Source: an uncultured Haliea sp. (lineage in GTDB: Bacteria; Pseudomonadota; Gammaproteobacteria; Pseudomonadales; Halieaceae). From it: 64,000 nt of DNA. Numbering within the stretch: the stretch's first letter is position 1; each line of letters begins with the position of its first letter. The position numbers and the translations under genes were made by a program. Under the pieces are notes generated by a model. The model was not told the origin of the DNA. It searched no databases and saw nothing but the letters and a program-made list of their open reading frames with translations. This document shows positions 53,168 to 63,845 of this stretch, one piece after another. The DNA is taken from NCBI GenBank assembly GCA_913062625.1, contig CAJXWP010000003.1:5640-69639 (forward strand). The letters run 5' to 3'.

Positions 53168-54433
53168 ATGCCAAAAAGAAATGCCTTCTATGCCCAGTCT
53201 GGTGGCGTCACGGCGGTGATTAACGCTTCCGCTTGCGGCGTCATTGAAACGGCCAGACAGCACCGGTCGCAGATCGGCAAGGTCTATGCTGGCCGCAACG
53301 GCATCATTGGCGCGCTGCAAGAGGATCTGATCGATACCAGTAAGGAGAGCGCCGCCGCGATTCACGGGCTGCTGACCACCCCCGCTGGTGCGTTCGGCTC
53401 CTGCCGCCACAAACTGAAGAGCCTGCAGGAAGACCCGGCCGAATATGAACGGCTTCTTGACGTATTTAAGGCGCACAACATCGGCTACTTCTTTTATAAT
53501 GGCGGCGGAGACTCCGCCGATACCTGTCTGAAGGTCTCTCAGCTGGGCCAAGCCACGGGTTATCCCTTGCAAGCCATACACATACCCAAAACAATCGATA
53601 ATGACCTGCCCCTGACGGATAACTGCCCAGGCTTTGGCTCTGTGGCCAAGTATATCGCCATCTCCACGCGTGAAGCGGCGATGGATGTAGCCTCGATGTG
53701 TGAAACCTCCACCAAGGTCTTCATCCTAGAGGTTATGGGGCGCCATGCTGGCTGGATTGCTGCAGCCGGCGGTTTAGCCGCGACACAGAAAGGCGATGCC
53801 CCGCACATTATTTTATTTCCAGAAATCGCCTTTGACCGAGACAAATTCATGGCGAAGGTAAAGCGCACTGTCAAGCGCCATGGCTACTGTGTCATCGTCG
53901 CGTCAGAGGGAGCCCAATATCAGGACGGCACCTTTTTAGCAGAGTCTGGACTCAAGGATGCTTTTGGCCACAGCCAGTTGGGCGGGCTAGCCCCGCAGTT
54001 GGCGCAGATGATCAAATCAGAATTCGGTTATAAATATCACTGGGCGGTGGCTGATTACCTACAACGCTCGGCGCGCCATATCGCCTCACAGACGGATGTC
54101 GACCAAGCTTATGCGCTGGGTGAGGCTGCTGTTAAGTTTGCCCTGCGTGGCGACAATGCCATCATGCCCTGCATCGTTCGAGGCAAGGGGAGGCGCTATA
54201 GCTGGTCCATCGGGGAGGCCCCTCTTGAGGCTGTGGCCAATCGTGAGAAAAAAATGCCGCGCAACTACATCAGTCGTGACGGTTTTGGTATTACCGATGC
54301 AGCAAAAGACTATCTGACACCTCTTATTGCGGGAGAGGCCTACCCGGAATATCGCAACGGTTTGCCAAACTATGTCCGGTTGAAAAACATATCTGTACCT
54401 CGAAAACTAAAAATCCGCTTCAAATTGTTGTGA
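53168..54433 (+). CDS. pfp: 6-phosphofructokinase with PPi-type signature
   Basis: AQSGG, NGGGDS, PKTIDND, EVMGRHAG; ATG 53168. Confidence 0.85.
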   Translation: MPKRNAFYAQSGGVTAVINASACGVIETARQHRSQIGKVYAGRNGIIGALQEDLIDTSKESAAAIHGLLTTPAGAFGSCRHKLKSLQEDPAEYERLLDVFKAHNIGYFFYNGGGDSADTCLKVSQLGQATGYPLQAIHIPKTIDNDLPLTDNCPGFGSVAKYIAISTREAAMDVASMCETSTKVFILEVMGRHAGWIAAAGGLAATQKGDAPHIILFPEIAFDRDKFMAKVKRTVKRHGYCVIVASEGAQYQDGTFLAESGLKDAFGHSQLGGLAPQLAQMIKSEFGYKYHWAVADYLQRSARHIASQTDVDQAYALGEAAVKFALRGDNAIMPCIVRGKGRRYSWSIGEAPLEAVANREKKMPRNYISRDGFGITDAAKDYLTPLIAGEAYPEYRNGLPNYVRLKNISVPRKLKIRFKLL

Positions 54434-54548
54434 AAAACTCTGGGTAACGGTTAATTCTTCCAACGCGAACAAGATTTTGCCCGCTGTTATCTGTACACTT
54501 CGCGCCTTCTGAATTTTGTAACCCACCCAATGAATTTGAGGTAGAACC

Positions 54549-55193
54549 ATGTACAGCAACAGTGAGTTTAATCGATGGCGCCGCCACCCTTGGCATGGGC
54601 TGCACGTGCGCGCGGATGACGCGCCCGAAGATATTGTGCAGGTTTACATCGAAATGACACCTTCTGACGTGGTCAAGTATGAGCTGGACAAAGCATCAGG
54701 CTTTCTGATGGTAGACCGACCTCAGCGCACAACATCAAGCCCACCAGCTCTCTATGGTTTTGTTCCGCGAACCTACTGCGCAGAAGAAGTGGCCAAGCGC
54801 TGCCCCGGAGTGGAGGTCGCCGACGGTGACCCACTGGATATCTGTGTATTTTCCGAGCGTCACATCACCCGCGCAGATATTTTGTTAAAAGCCCGAGTCG
54901 TGGGCGGCATCCAGATGATTGATGGCGGTGAAGCCGACGATAAGATCGTGGCAGTGCTGGAAGGAGACAATATCTGGGGGGATGTGCACGACATTGCTGA
55001 CCTGCCCGCGATTAAAACCGAGCGCCTGCAGCATTACTTTTCCACCTACAAAATGATCCCAGGCAAAGAGAATAACGTTAAGGTGGATCTTGTTTATGGT
55101 CGTGAGGAAGCGCTCCGGGTCATTGCCGCTGCCGAATTAGATTACAAGAATCACTTCGGACATCTACACACGCAAGCCAAGGCGGGCGAGTAA
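54549..55193 (+). CDS. ppa: Family I inorganic pyrophosphatase
   Basis: HPWH, KYELDK, YGFVPRTY, DGDPLD, DDKIVAV. Confidence 0.93.
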   Translation: MYSNSEFNRWRRHPWHGLHVRADDAPEDIVQVYIEMTPSDVVKYELDKASGFLMVDRPQRTTSSPPALYGFVPRTYCAEEVAKRCPGVEVADGDPLDICVFSERHITRADILLKARVVGGIQMIDGGEADDKIVAVLEGDNIWGDVHDIADLPAIKTERLQHYFSTYKMIPGKENNVKVDLVYGREEALRVIAAAELDYKNHFGHLHTQAKAGE

Positions 55194-55245
55194 CTCTCAG
55201 GACACAATTCCCCTCTCGATATCACAACATAAAGAGGGGGGGATC

Positions 55246-55977
55246 TTACAACGAGACACTGGGACACCAATCTTCGGGTACAGCGACATACCGCGTCATG
55301 ATTTGCGACAAATCTGCATCAATCTCCGCTTTTAACAGCATCTCCCCTTCAACCTCCTCAGCATCCAAACAAAAAGCCAGCATTGCGCCGCTAAACTGCG
55401 CAGCACACGCGACCGACAGCGGCGCATAACTCAAATGCCAGCGCTCCGGGGCGACACCACCGCGATCTATCCCGTAAGGTCGAAAAAATCCGTGTGACTC
55501 GCCTGCGGCTAATCGCGCATCCAGCCAACAGTGCAGCGGATCGAACACACCGCCCGCAGCGACTTCTGACGGGGATAACTGCAACGGATAATCTGGCGGC
55601 ACGGCCGCAGAGTCGTACACATCCAGATCCGTACCCCAGTGATGTCGGGACGCGCCAGGGATGGCCGAAAAACGCAGGATCGCATGCAGCTGTTCCGCGC
55701 GGGACAGTCGTTCGATCGGCATAGGGCGACCCAGATCATCATGTATCGGCCGGGTGCCAGCGGCCTTGCCATTCCAGATGGTGAGTTGCCGGCAGAAAGA
55801 TCGAAAGCTACTGGCGATCGACAGTTCAAAGCCAGCGTTACGAGCATCTAACTGCAGCGCCGTAAACGCACGAGCTACCTCGCTTTGTAAACGATGGCCG
55901 TTGGCGAGCGTGACAAGGTGCGTTTCATCTCGTCCTGTCAACTGCCTCCGATTTAGGGCCTTGGCCATAGATGGCAT
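55246..55977 (-). CDS. M15 family D-Ala-D-Ala carboxypeptidase
   Basis: SSFRSF, SRHHWGTDLD, ERWH. Confidence 0.88.
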   Translation of the reverse strand: MPSMAKALNRRQLTGRDETHLVTLANGHRLQSEVARAFTALQLDARNAGFELSIASSFRSFCRQLTIWNGKAAGTRPIHDDLGRPMPIERLSRAEQLHAILRFSAIPGASRHHWGTDLDVYDSAAVPPDYPLQLSPSEVAAGGVFDPLHCWLDARLAAGESHGFFRPYGIDRGGVAPERWHLSYAPLSVACAAQFSGAMLAFCLDAEEVEGEMLLKAEIDADLSQIMTRYVAVPEDWCPSVSL

Positions 55978-56078
55978 CTCCGCTGGAGCCGCTTAATTTC
56001 GGTATCGATCTTGGCACAATACCGCCTTATATTGAGTATCCTAGCGCGAACGTGATAAAAGCAATATGCATGCCACAG

Positions 56079-57287
56079 TCAGCCCAACACCTTAGCCAGA
56101 CGCTCAACAGCAAGCTCCAGGCGATCCATGCTGGTGGTATAGGAGAACCGCACATGCTGACGGGCCAAGTTATGACCAAAATCCACACCGGGCGTCAGAG
56201 CCACGCCGTGCTCCTCCAGTAAATTCAGGCAAAATTGCTGGCTATCGTCGGTAAAGCGGCTGGCATCAGCATAAATATAAAAAGCCCCCTGTGGATTACA
56301 GGGCACCAAAAAGCCCAGTTCCTGCACCGCTGACAATAGGTAGTCCTTGCGCTGACCAAATATTTCCCGACGCTGCTCCAGTATCTCCCGCGTCCCGGGC
56401 TCAAAGCCTGCAAGCGCTGCATGCTGGGCCATGGTAGACATCGAGATAAAGAGATTCTGAGACAGCTTTTCCATCTCAGCCGTGGCCGCCTCTGGTGCCA
56501 CCAGCCAACCTAGACGCCAACCCGTCATACCAAAATACTTTGAGAAGCTATTAATGACGAAGGCATCGGGATCGACCTCTAACACCGATGGCGCTGATCC
56601 GTCATAAACCAGCCCATGATAAATCTCATCTACCAGCAAATAGCCATTACGCGCTCGCACGGCACCCGACAGGGCTGTCAGTTCCTCCCGAGACAAGGCA
56701 GTGCCGGTGGGGTTTGCCGGTGAAGCCACCATGGCACCGATAGTATTGTCCTGCCAGTGGGCTTGAACCAATTCGGCATTGAGTTGGTAGTTGCTCTCAG
56801 CGCCCACCGGCACCAGCTGGCCACTTCCTTCCACCAGGCGCATGAAGTGTCGATTGCAGGGATAACCGGGATCGGTCATCAGCATGCCGTCACCAGGATT
56901 CACCAACAGTGCCGCAATCAATAACAGTGCACCGGAAGCACCTGGCGTAATGAGGATGCGTGAAGGTGCAACGTCCACGCCATAAACGTCAGCATAATGT
57001 CGCGATACCGCCTCACGCAGTTGTGGAATGCCGGCAGCCTGAGAATAGTGCGTCGCACCGCGCGCAAGAGCGGCCTGACCCGCGGCTACGATGGGCGACG
57101 CGGTAACAAAATCGGGCTCACCGGCCGCCATATGCACAATGTCGGCGCCGCCCGCTGCCAACTCCGTTGCTCGCGCCAGCACTTCCACCACCCTAAATGG
57201 CTCAATTTCAGCCATGCGTCGGGAAAATCCCCCTGGCCTATAAATGGATTTTGTCGAATCCGACATCGATAACCCCTGCTGTTGCAA
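56079..57287 (-). CDS. PLP-dependent aminotransferase class I/II (start uncertain)
   Basis: GEPDF, SPANPTG, DEIYHGL, SFSKYFGMTGWRLGW. Confidence 0.92.
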   Translation of the reverse strand: MQQQGLSMSDSTKSIYRPGGFSRRMAEIEPFRVVEVLARATELAAGGADIVHMAAGEPDFVTASPIVAAGQAALARGATHYSQAAGIPQLREAVSRHYADVYGVDVAPSRILITPGASGALLLIAALLVNPGDGMLMTDPGYPCNRHFMRLVEGSGQLVPVGAESNYQLNAELVQAHWQDNTIGAMVASPANPTGTALSREELTALSGAVRARNGYLLVDEIYHGLVYDGSAPSVLEVDPDAFVINSFSKYFGMTGWRLGWLVAPEAATAEMEKLSQNLFISMSTMAQHAALAGFEPGTREILEQRREIFGQRKDYLLSAVQELGFLVPCNPQGAFYIYADASRFTDDSQQFCLNLLEEHGVALTPGVDFGHNLARQHVRFSYTTSMDRLELAVERLAKVLG

Positions 57288-57470
57288 GCGGACTATACTA
57301 GCAACTGGTGATTGGGTGCGATAGCAAGCGCGAAAAAGCGTAAGGAAACAGTGGCAGGACCTGCGGTTATCTGGTAGCTTCTCCGCCCTCGGATTTGGGA
57401 CCCTCTTGGCAGCCCTTCCCGAAGAATTGTGGACATTGTCGAGTTACCTTTGCCTCATGGAAAAATAGCC

Positions 57471-58004
57471 ATGCCTAGAGCAGCCAAAACAACCAAAACG
57501 ACCAAAACGACCAAAACGACCAAAACGGCTAAGGTCGCTACTGCGACTAAAGCCGTCAAAAAAGTCAAAGCGCCCAAAAATGCAGGCGGTATTGAGTTCA
57601 ATAACTTCGAGCCCTACAAACCGAAACGGGGCGAAAAGTATATGAATGAGCAACAGCGCGCGCATTTTAAGACGATCTTGCTGAATTGGAAGAGCGATTT
57701 AATGCAAGAAGTGGATCGCACTGTTAACCACATGAAAGATGAAGCTGCCAACTTCCCTGATCCAGCCGATCGAGCTACTCAGGAAGAAGAATTCAGCCTA
57801 GAATTGCGCACGCGAGACAGAGAGCGCAAGCTAATCAAGAAGATCGACTCCACCATGGAGCTGATTGATATGGACGATTACGGATACTGCGAGGCCTGCG
57901 GCGTAGATATCGGTATTAAGCGGCTTGAAGCTAGGCCGACTGCGACGCAATGTATCGATTGCAAGACGCTCGCCGAAATCAAAGAAAAGCAGGAAATGGG
58001 CTAA
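57471..58004 (+). CDS. dksA: RNA polymerase-binding factor DksA
   Basis: [20 protein letters not shown], zinc finger CEAC...CIDC; ATG 57471 preferred. Confidence 0.96.
   Translation: MPRAAKTTKTTKTTKTTKTAKVATATKAVKKVKAPKNAGGIEFNNFEPYKPKRGEKYMNEQQRAHFKTILLNWKSDLMQEVDRTVNHMKDEAANFPDPADRATQEEEFSLELRTRDRERKLIKKIDSTMELIDMDDYGYCEACGVDIGIKRLEARPTATQCIDCKTLAEIKEKQEMG
57483..57527 (+). repeat. 9-bp tandem repeat in dksA 5' end
   Basis: ACCAAAACG x4 perfect (57492-57527) plus one imperfect unit; encodes (TKT)n. Confidence 0.95.
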
Positions 58005-58022
58005 GTCCCGCGGGCGCTAACG

Positions 58023-58925
58023 ATGCCCGACTCCAACGGACAGTACCGGGGGCGTTTTGCGCCCTCACCCACTGGCCCGCTCCATCTAGGGTCTCTGATT
58101 GCTGCCTTGGCAAGTTACCTAGACGCTCATCACTGCAACGGCAAGTGGCTAGTCCGCATGGAAGACCTTGACCCTCCCCGCGAGGAAACGGGCGCTGCCG
58201 ACAGCATCCTCTACAGCCTGCAATGTCACGGCCTGCGGTGGGACGACAATATCCTGTACCAGAGCGCGCGCTCCTCAGCATACGCCGCTGCACTGGAGAC
58301 TTTGTCTGATCGCGGCGACCTTTTTCCCTGTGACTGCACCCGCGCAACACTGGGCGCAAACGGCGCTTGTCAGGGCAGTTGTCGAACACCGCAGGCAAGC
58401 CTATCCGGCCCTGCCGCGATAAGAATAAGGATTCCTTATGCACAGGAAATTCTGTTCGTGGATAGACTGCAGGGCCCAGAACATACGTTGTTGGGTCAAT
58501 CTTTGCAGGATTTTGTCATAAAACGAAAGGACACACTGTATGCCTATCAGCTAGCAGTGACCGTCGACGATGCCGCACAGGGTATCACCCACATAGTGCG
58601 CGGGTCCGACCTGCTTGACTCAACACCACGTCAGGTGTTCCTCCAACAACGTTTAGGTTACTCTACCCCTCGCTATTGCCACCTCCCAGTCATAACGACT
58701 GGACAGGGACAAAAATTCAGCAAACAGAACCACGCGCCGGCGCTGGACAATAGCATGGCTCGCAGTAACCTGCTCCGTGCCTTGCGCTTCCTGCGCCAGT
58801 GCGAACCTCCTGCCACGCTGGAGAGTGTCGAGCAATTGCTTATGCACGCGATCGAGCACTGGTCACTCGAGCAAGTGCCAGCCGTGCCATCAATTCCTGC
58901 CGCCAATATCGGGCTGAGTGTATGA
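58023..58925 (+). CDS. gluQ: Glutamyl-Q tRNA(Asp) synthetase
   Basis: RFAPSPTGPLHLGS, RMEDLDPPR, YQLAVTVDD, KFSKQ; downstream of dksA. Confidence 0.95.
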   Translation: MPDSNGQYRGRFAPSPTGPLHLGSLIAALASYLDAHHCNGKWLVRMEDLDPPREETGAADSILYSLQCHGLRWDDNILYQSARSSAYAAALETLSDRGDLFPCDCTRATLGANGACQGSCRTPQASLSGPAAIRIRIPYAQEILFVDRLQGPEHTLLGQSLQDFVIKRKDTLYAYQLAVTVDDAAQGITHIVRGSDLLDSTPRQVFLQQRLGYSTPRYCHLPVITTGQGQKFSKQNHAPALDNSMARSNLLRALRFLRQCEPPATLESVEQLLMHAIEHWSLEQVPAVPSIPAANIGLSV

Positions 58926-59027
58926 ACTTTACGCACAGCAGTCGCTTCAGTAATATCAATTGCCAGCGAGCGTTCCAGAGCTATTTTCATCAATACAACA
59001 ACTATTGCTAACGGGGGGACTTGGACC

Positions 59028-59204
59028 ATGTACATCAACCGATTCCTTTTGCTCATTGTCGGCGTTGTGTTGATTTTTTTCCCTGCGATAGAGAGCTGGG
59101 TGGTCAGCTCAGAAGTTGCCTGGTACCGACCATACCAGTTATGGCTTTTGATCGTAGCTGCAGCCTACTGGAACCAGCGCAAGAGATATCCAGATGACCT
59201 TTAG
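59028..59204 (+). CDS. cbrX: CbrX-like 58-aa membrane peptide (below the ORF-track cut-off)
   Basis: Hand translation MYINRFLLLIVGVVLIFFPAIESWVVSSEVAWYRPYQLWLLIVAAAYWNQRKRYPDDL; overlaps the cbrA ATG by 11 nt. Confidence 0.85.
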   Translation: MYINRFLLLIVGVVLIFFPAIESWVVSSEVAWYRPYQLWLLIVAAAYWNQRKRYPDDL

Positions 59205-62172
59205 CCTGACTCAAATACTGCTGGTTATTGTTGCTTATCTTACCGGCTTGTTTGCAGTGGCTCATTTGGCCGACCGCGGTATCATCCCGAAACGTATTAC
59301 TCACCACCCTGCCGTCTATGTCCTTTCTCTGGGGGTATTCGCTGGAGCAATGGCTAGCAATGGCGTGGTTGCCATGGCCCACCAGTACGGCTACAACTTT
59401 TTACTGTACTACCTTGGCGTAGTCTTAATGTTTGTATTACCCCTTGTCCTGTTGATGCCTCTGTTGCGACTGTGCAGAGTTTATCAACTCTCCTCTCTGG
59501 CAGACGTTCTGACTTTCCGTTTTCGCAGCCCTTGGGTCGGGTCTGCGGTGACCGTTGCTATGTGCATCACGCTGCTTCCGCTGCTGGCGCTCCAAATTCA
59601 GGCGGTCGCTGAGAGTATCCATATTCTTGCTGGCGACAGTGCAAGCGAGTCGTTCGGTGGGAACCGAAATAACCTGCTGGCATTTCTTTTTTGCGTCATC
59701 ATCACTGTGTTTTCCATCCTATTCGGTACGCGCCACGTATCATCTCGGCACCGTAACACCGGTTTAGTGACTGCCATTGCGTTCGAATCGTTGGTTAAGT
59801 TAAGTGCTATGCTAATGCTCTTCTTCGCAGCGGTTTATGCCGTATTCGGAGGCATTACGGGGCTAGAACAGTGGTTGCTTGAAAATCCGCAGACGAGCAA
59901 TCAACTGGCACAGCCTATTCAGGGCGACGATGCCCGCGCCTTGTTGCTGATCTTTTTCGCTGGTGCAGTGTGTATGCCCCACATCTTTCATATGGCTTTT
60001 GCCGAAAACAACGACAGCCGAGATTTGCGCAGTGCCACTTGGGGGCTCCCGCTCTATTTGCTATTGCTGAGTCTACCGATTCTTCCGGTGACCTGGGCGG
60101 GCATCAAGCTGGGCCACGAGTTACCTATGGACTACACGGGACTTGCTATTGGCATGGCCCTGCAGTCCGGCGCAATCACTACCGCCGCTTTTGTAGCAGG
60201 CCTATCCGCCTCGAGTGCCACTATTATCATCACGACACTGGCACTGGCCAATATGTGCCTCAATCATTTGGTATTACCTTTTAGTCCACTGCAAATCAAT
60301 CGAGGGCAGGATATCTATGTTCAGCTCAAATGGCTTCGCAGGGCTCTGATTGCGATTTTGATTCTGGCCGGATATATCTTTTTTACCACGCTAAATGGCC
60401 GGCAGAGCCTCTCGCAACTGGCGTTGGTGGCGTTCACAGGCACACTGCAGTTTCTACCAGGCATCATTGCTACTCCCTATTGGCCCCGAGCGAACCGCAC
60501 AGGCCTTCTCGTTGGGCTCGCCGGCGGACTAGGCTTTTGGTTCTTCTCAATGCTGTTACCGCTGTTCGGAGGACAAAGCCCGGAACTACTGACCTCGTTC
60601 TACACCATGGTGCTAGGTCACAGTAATAACGTGTCGACCGCCACTGCACTGGTTTCACTGGGAATCAATACGGCCTTGTTCATTGCCGTTTCGCTCATAA
60701 CGAAAAGAAGCTCAGACGAGGAAAAAATTGCGGCGGAGATATACTCTATGGACGACCTCGCGCGCCCCACACGCCGAATATTGTCCGTCTATAGCCCGGC
60801 AGAATTTAGCCAGCGCCTAGCATTGTCTCTAGGCGAAAATACTGCAAAATCTGAAGTCGAGCGAGCGCTGAGGGAGCTGCAATTTTCACCCTCTGAGACC
60901 AGGCCCTATGCTCTGAGAGGCCTGCGCGCTCGACTAGAAGCAAATCTTTCCGGGCTACTGGGCCCATCCGTCGCCCACCGCATCATTGAAGGCCGCATTC
61001 CTTTCCTGCCCGGCGCGCATACCGACACCGAAGATATCCATCTGATAGAGCAAACCCTAGATCAGTCGCAACCTCACTTTACGGGTTTTGCGGCGGACCT
61101 AGATAATCTGCGCAGACACCACAGAGAAACGCTGGACAAACTGCCCATAGGCGCTTGCTCGATTAGTCCAGACGGCGAACTACTTATGTGGAATCAAAGT
61201 ATGGAGCGAATCACCGGGATCGCGCCAACGGATATTCTGGGATCTTTATTAGGCGCGATACCCCATCCATGGGGCTCCATTCTTGAGGGGTTTCTGCGAG
61301 GAAACACTGAAACAATGATCAAAAAAGAAGTCGTGATGGACAATAACCCGTCACGCTGGATTGATCTGCATAAAACACTGATTAAAGACAACCACTATAG
61401 CAATACAGTCATCATGGTGGAGGACATTACCGACCTCGAATTACTCGAAGAAGAGTTACTACAGAATGAGCGCTTGGCATCCATTGGTCGCCTCGCTGCC
61501 GGTGTTGCTCATGAAATCGGCAACCCCGTTACCGGCATCGCATGTCTGGCACAAAATCTCGAGTACGAATCAGATCCAAAGGAAATCCGTCACATGGCGC
61601 AGGATATCCTCAAGCAAACCAGTCGCGTCACACGGATAGTAGAATCACTGATGAACTTTTCGCACACAGGTTCATATTTGGAAAAGACGACATTGGCGCC
61701 AGCCAACCTAGCAGACTGTGTGGACGAGGCCGTTCATCTGTTGGCGCTAGACAGAGAAGCCAAACCGGTACAGTTTGACAATCAGTGCGACCGGGAATTA
61801 TTGGTCCTGGCAGATAGTCAGCGCCTGTTGCAGGTATTTATCAATCTGCTGGGAAACGCCAGGGACGCTTGTGACAGCGACGGGGAGGTCCATATACGGG
61901 CCAGCACAACGGGTGAACAGGTGCAAATTGATGTGGAAGACAACGGCAGCGGTATTCCACCAGGGCTACAAGCTCAGGTATTCGAGCCTTTCTTTACCAC
62001 CAAAGACCCAGGTGTCGGCACCGGACTGGGTCTAGCACTGGTATTTAGTATCATGGATGACATGAATGGTAAGGTTTATATCACGAGCCCGGTGAGCCTT
62101 GGCGTTAAGTGCGGTACCCGGGTTACCTTACATTTATCCTCCGCCCGTTACGGGCCGGACTTGTCAATGTAA
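59194..62172 (+). CDS. cbrA: CbrA: SLC5-like transporter-PAS-histidine kinase
   Basis: N-terminal multi-TM symporter-like domain, HEIGNP, GTGLGL; synteny dksA-gluQ-cbrXAB. Confidence 0.92.
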   Translation: MTFSLTQILLVIVAYLTGLFAVAHLADRGIIPKRITHHPAVYVLSLGVFAGAMASNGVVAMAHQYGYNFLLYYLGVVLMFVLPLVLLMPLLRLCRVYQLSSLADVLTFRFRSPWVGSAVTVAMCITLLPLLALQIQAVAESIHILAGDSASESFGGNRNNLLAFLFCVIITVFSILFGTRHVSSRHRNTGLVTAIAFESLVKLSAMLMLFFAAVYAVFGGITGLEQWLLENPQTSNQLAQPIQGDDARALLLIFFAGAVCMPHIFHMAFAENNDSRDLRSATWGLPLYLLLLSLPILPVTWAGIKLGHELPMDYTGLAIGMALQSGAITTAAFVAGLSASSATIIITTLALANMCLNHLVLPFSPLQINRGQDIYVQLKWLRRALIAILILAGYIFFTTLNGRQSLSQLALVAFTGTLQFLPGIIATPYWPRANRTGLLVGLAGGLGFWFFSMLLPLFGGQSPELLTSFYTMVLGHSNNVSTATALVSLGINTALFIAVSLITKRSSDEEKIAAEIYSMDDLARPTRRILSVYSPAEFSQRLALSLGENTAKSEVERALRELQFSPSETRPYALRGLRARLEANLSGLLGPSVAHRIIEGRIPFLPGAHTDTEDIHLIEQTLDQSQPHFTGFAADLDNLRRHHRETLDKLPIGACSISPDGELLMWNQSMERITGIAPTDILGSLLGAIPHPWGSILEGFLRGNTETMIKKEVVMDNNPSRWIDLHKTLIKDNHYSNTVIMVEDITDLELLEEELLQNERLASIGRLAAGVAHEIGNPVTGIACLAQNLEYESDPKEIRHMAQDILKQTSRVTRIVESLMNFSHTGSYLEKTTLAPANLADCVDEAVHLLALDREAKPVQFDNQCDRELLVLADSQRLLQVFINLLGNARDACDSDGEVHIRASTTGEQVQIDVEDNGSGIPPGLQAQVFEPFFTTKDPGVGTGLGLALVFSIMDDMNGKVYITSPVSLGVKCGTRVTLHLSSARYGPDLSM

Positions 62173-62261
62173 CCTTAGGTAAGACGCATCTGCTCTCGTA
62201 GGCTGGAATATTCCACTGGAGAGTAGTATGTTGGGTAGTAATGACTCACAGGTAACATCGC

Positions 62262-63695
62262 ATGCAAAAGATCCTCATTGTCGAAGATGAGCCCGTTATC
62301 AGGACTGCTTTGCGCCGTCTGCTCGAGCGGCACGACTTTCAGGTGAGCGAGGCCGGCTCAGTGCAGGAAGCGGAAAAAGATCACACTTTTAACGATTTTG
62401 ACCTCGTCATCAGTGACTTGCGCCTCCCGGGCGCACCCGGTACCGACTTAATTAAAAAAGCGGGGGATGTACCGGTATTAATTATGACCAGCTATGCCAG
62501 CCTGCGATCAGCCGTAGACTCCATGCGTATGGGCGCAGTGGACTATATCGCTAAGCCGTTCGATCACGGCGATATGGTGATTGCTGTTCAGCGCATTATT
62601 GCCGATCACCCCAGCGGTCGCTTTGCGGAAGAGTCTGCGACTATCGACGGGAGTTCCCCTGCGATGGACGGCATCATCGGCAATTGTCCTTCGATGCGAT
62701 TGCTCTTTGAGCATATCAAAAAAATGGCGCCAACTGACTCTACGGTGTTGGTGCTAGGTGAGACCGGGACGGGTAAGGAGTTGGTGGCGCGCAGCGTACA
62801 CGAGAGTAGCCTGCGCGCGGATAAGATCATGATTTCGGTTAACTGCGCTGCCATTCCAGATACTCTTATCGAATCTGAGCTATTTGGCTACGAAAAAGGC
62901 GCGTTCACCGGTGCGAATGCAAGCCGCATGGGGCTGATTGAAGCCGCGGATGGGGGCACGTTATTTCTTGATGAGATTGGGGAGCTGCCTATGGAGGCGC
63001 AAGCGCGCCTACTGCGCTTTATTCAAGAAGGAGAAATTCGTCGAATAGGGTCGGTGCATTCACGTAAGGTCAATGTCCGCCTGATCTGCGCGACCCATCG
63101 CAACCTGCAAATTCTGGCGGCGGAGGGGCTGTTCCGAAAAGATCTATTCTATCGGATAAATGTCCTTTGTTTGGCGCTCCCACCCCTGAGAGAACGGGGC
63201 AAAGATATCCTGTATCTGGCGGAGCGTATGCTGGAAACTCAGACAGGACGTGCTGGGAAAGGCATTATGCGGTTGTCTCCGCGGGCCATTCAAGCTATTA
63301 CAACTTACCAGTGGCCGGGAAATGTCAGAGAACTGGAGCACGCCATCGAACGTGCAGTCGTGCTCTCAAACAGTGAAGAAATCGACAATGAAGGACTCGG
63401 CATTGATCTCGAACTGGTCAACATCAACCGCATTCGTGGCCAGCAGAGCCTCAATACTGGGAATAACCCCAGTACCGTCAGGACAAATCACGATCCCGGA
63501 GAAGATCTGTCGTTGGAAGATTATTTTCAGCGCTTCGTATTGGAGCATCAGGACTCCATGAGCGAAACCGAGCTAGCGCAAAAGTTAGGTGTCAGCCGCA
63601 AATGCCTATGGGAGCGCCGCCAGCGATTTGGTATGCCTAGAAATAAGGGTAATGTGAATAATCGAGCCAAAATCACCGCTGTCGAGGAAAAATAA
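62262..63695 (+). CDS. cbrB: CbrB sigma54-dependent response regulator
   Basis: Receiver domain, [15 protein letters not shown]-terminus [16 protein letters not shown]...SRKCLWERR. Confidence 0.93.
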   Translation: MQKILIVEDEPVIRTALRRLLERHDFQVSEAGSVQEAEKDHTFNDFDLVISDLRLPGAPGTDLIKKAGDVPVLIMTSYASLRSAVDSMRMGAVDYIAKPFDHGDMVIAVQRIIADHPSGRFAEESATIDGSSPAMDGIIGNCPSMRLLFEHIKKMAPTDSTVLVLGETGTGKELVARSVHESSLRADKIMISVNCAAIPDTLIESELFGYEKGAFTGANASRMGLIEAADGGTLFLDEIGELPMEAQARLLRFIQEGEIRRIGSVHSRKVNVRLICATHRNLQILAAEGLFRKDLFYRINVLCLALPPLRERGKDILYLAERMLETQTGRAGKGIMRLSPRAIQAITTYQWPGNVRELEHAIERAVVLSNSEEIDNEGLGIDLELVNINRIRGQQSLNTGNNPSTVRTNHDPGEDLSLEDYFQRFVLEHQDSMSETELAQKLGVSRKCLWERRQRFGMPRNKGNVNNRAKITAVEEK

Positions 63696-63697
63696 CC

Positions 63698-63745
63698 GTT
63701 ACCTGCGCCCGATCGCACACCTCAATTAGGAGTATTTTGGTAACA
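63698..63745. promoter_or_regulatory. Putative CbrB upstream activating sites
   Basis: GTTACC (63698) and GGTAAC(A) (63739) form an inverted pair resembling the TGTTAC subsites described for CbrB. Confidence 0.65.
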
Positions 63746-63819
63746 AAAAGATCCTTCATACCAGTATTTGAACAACTCTAAAAACCACAATCCTCTGATT
63801 AATATAGATAAAATTTAGT

Positions 63820-63835
63820 TGGCATGGAATATGCA
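63820..63835 (+). promoter_or_regulatory. Sigma54 (-24/-12) promoter
   Basis: TGGCATGGAATATGCA: GG-N10-GC spacing is exact. Confidence 0.85.
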
Positions 63836-63845
63836 GTGTCATGTG

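Noticed and set aside
58922-59011. 29-aa ORF (MNFTHSS...) starting in the gluQ stop (ATGA overlap)
   Set aside because: No RBS or recognisable features; such overlaps arise by chance
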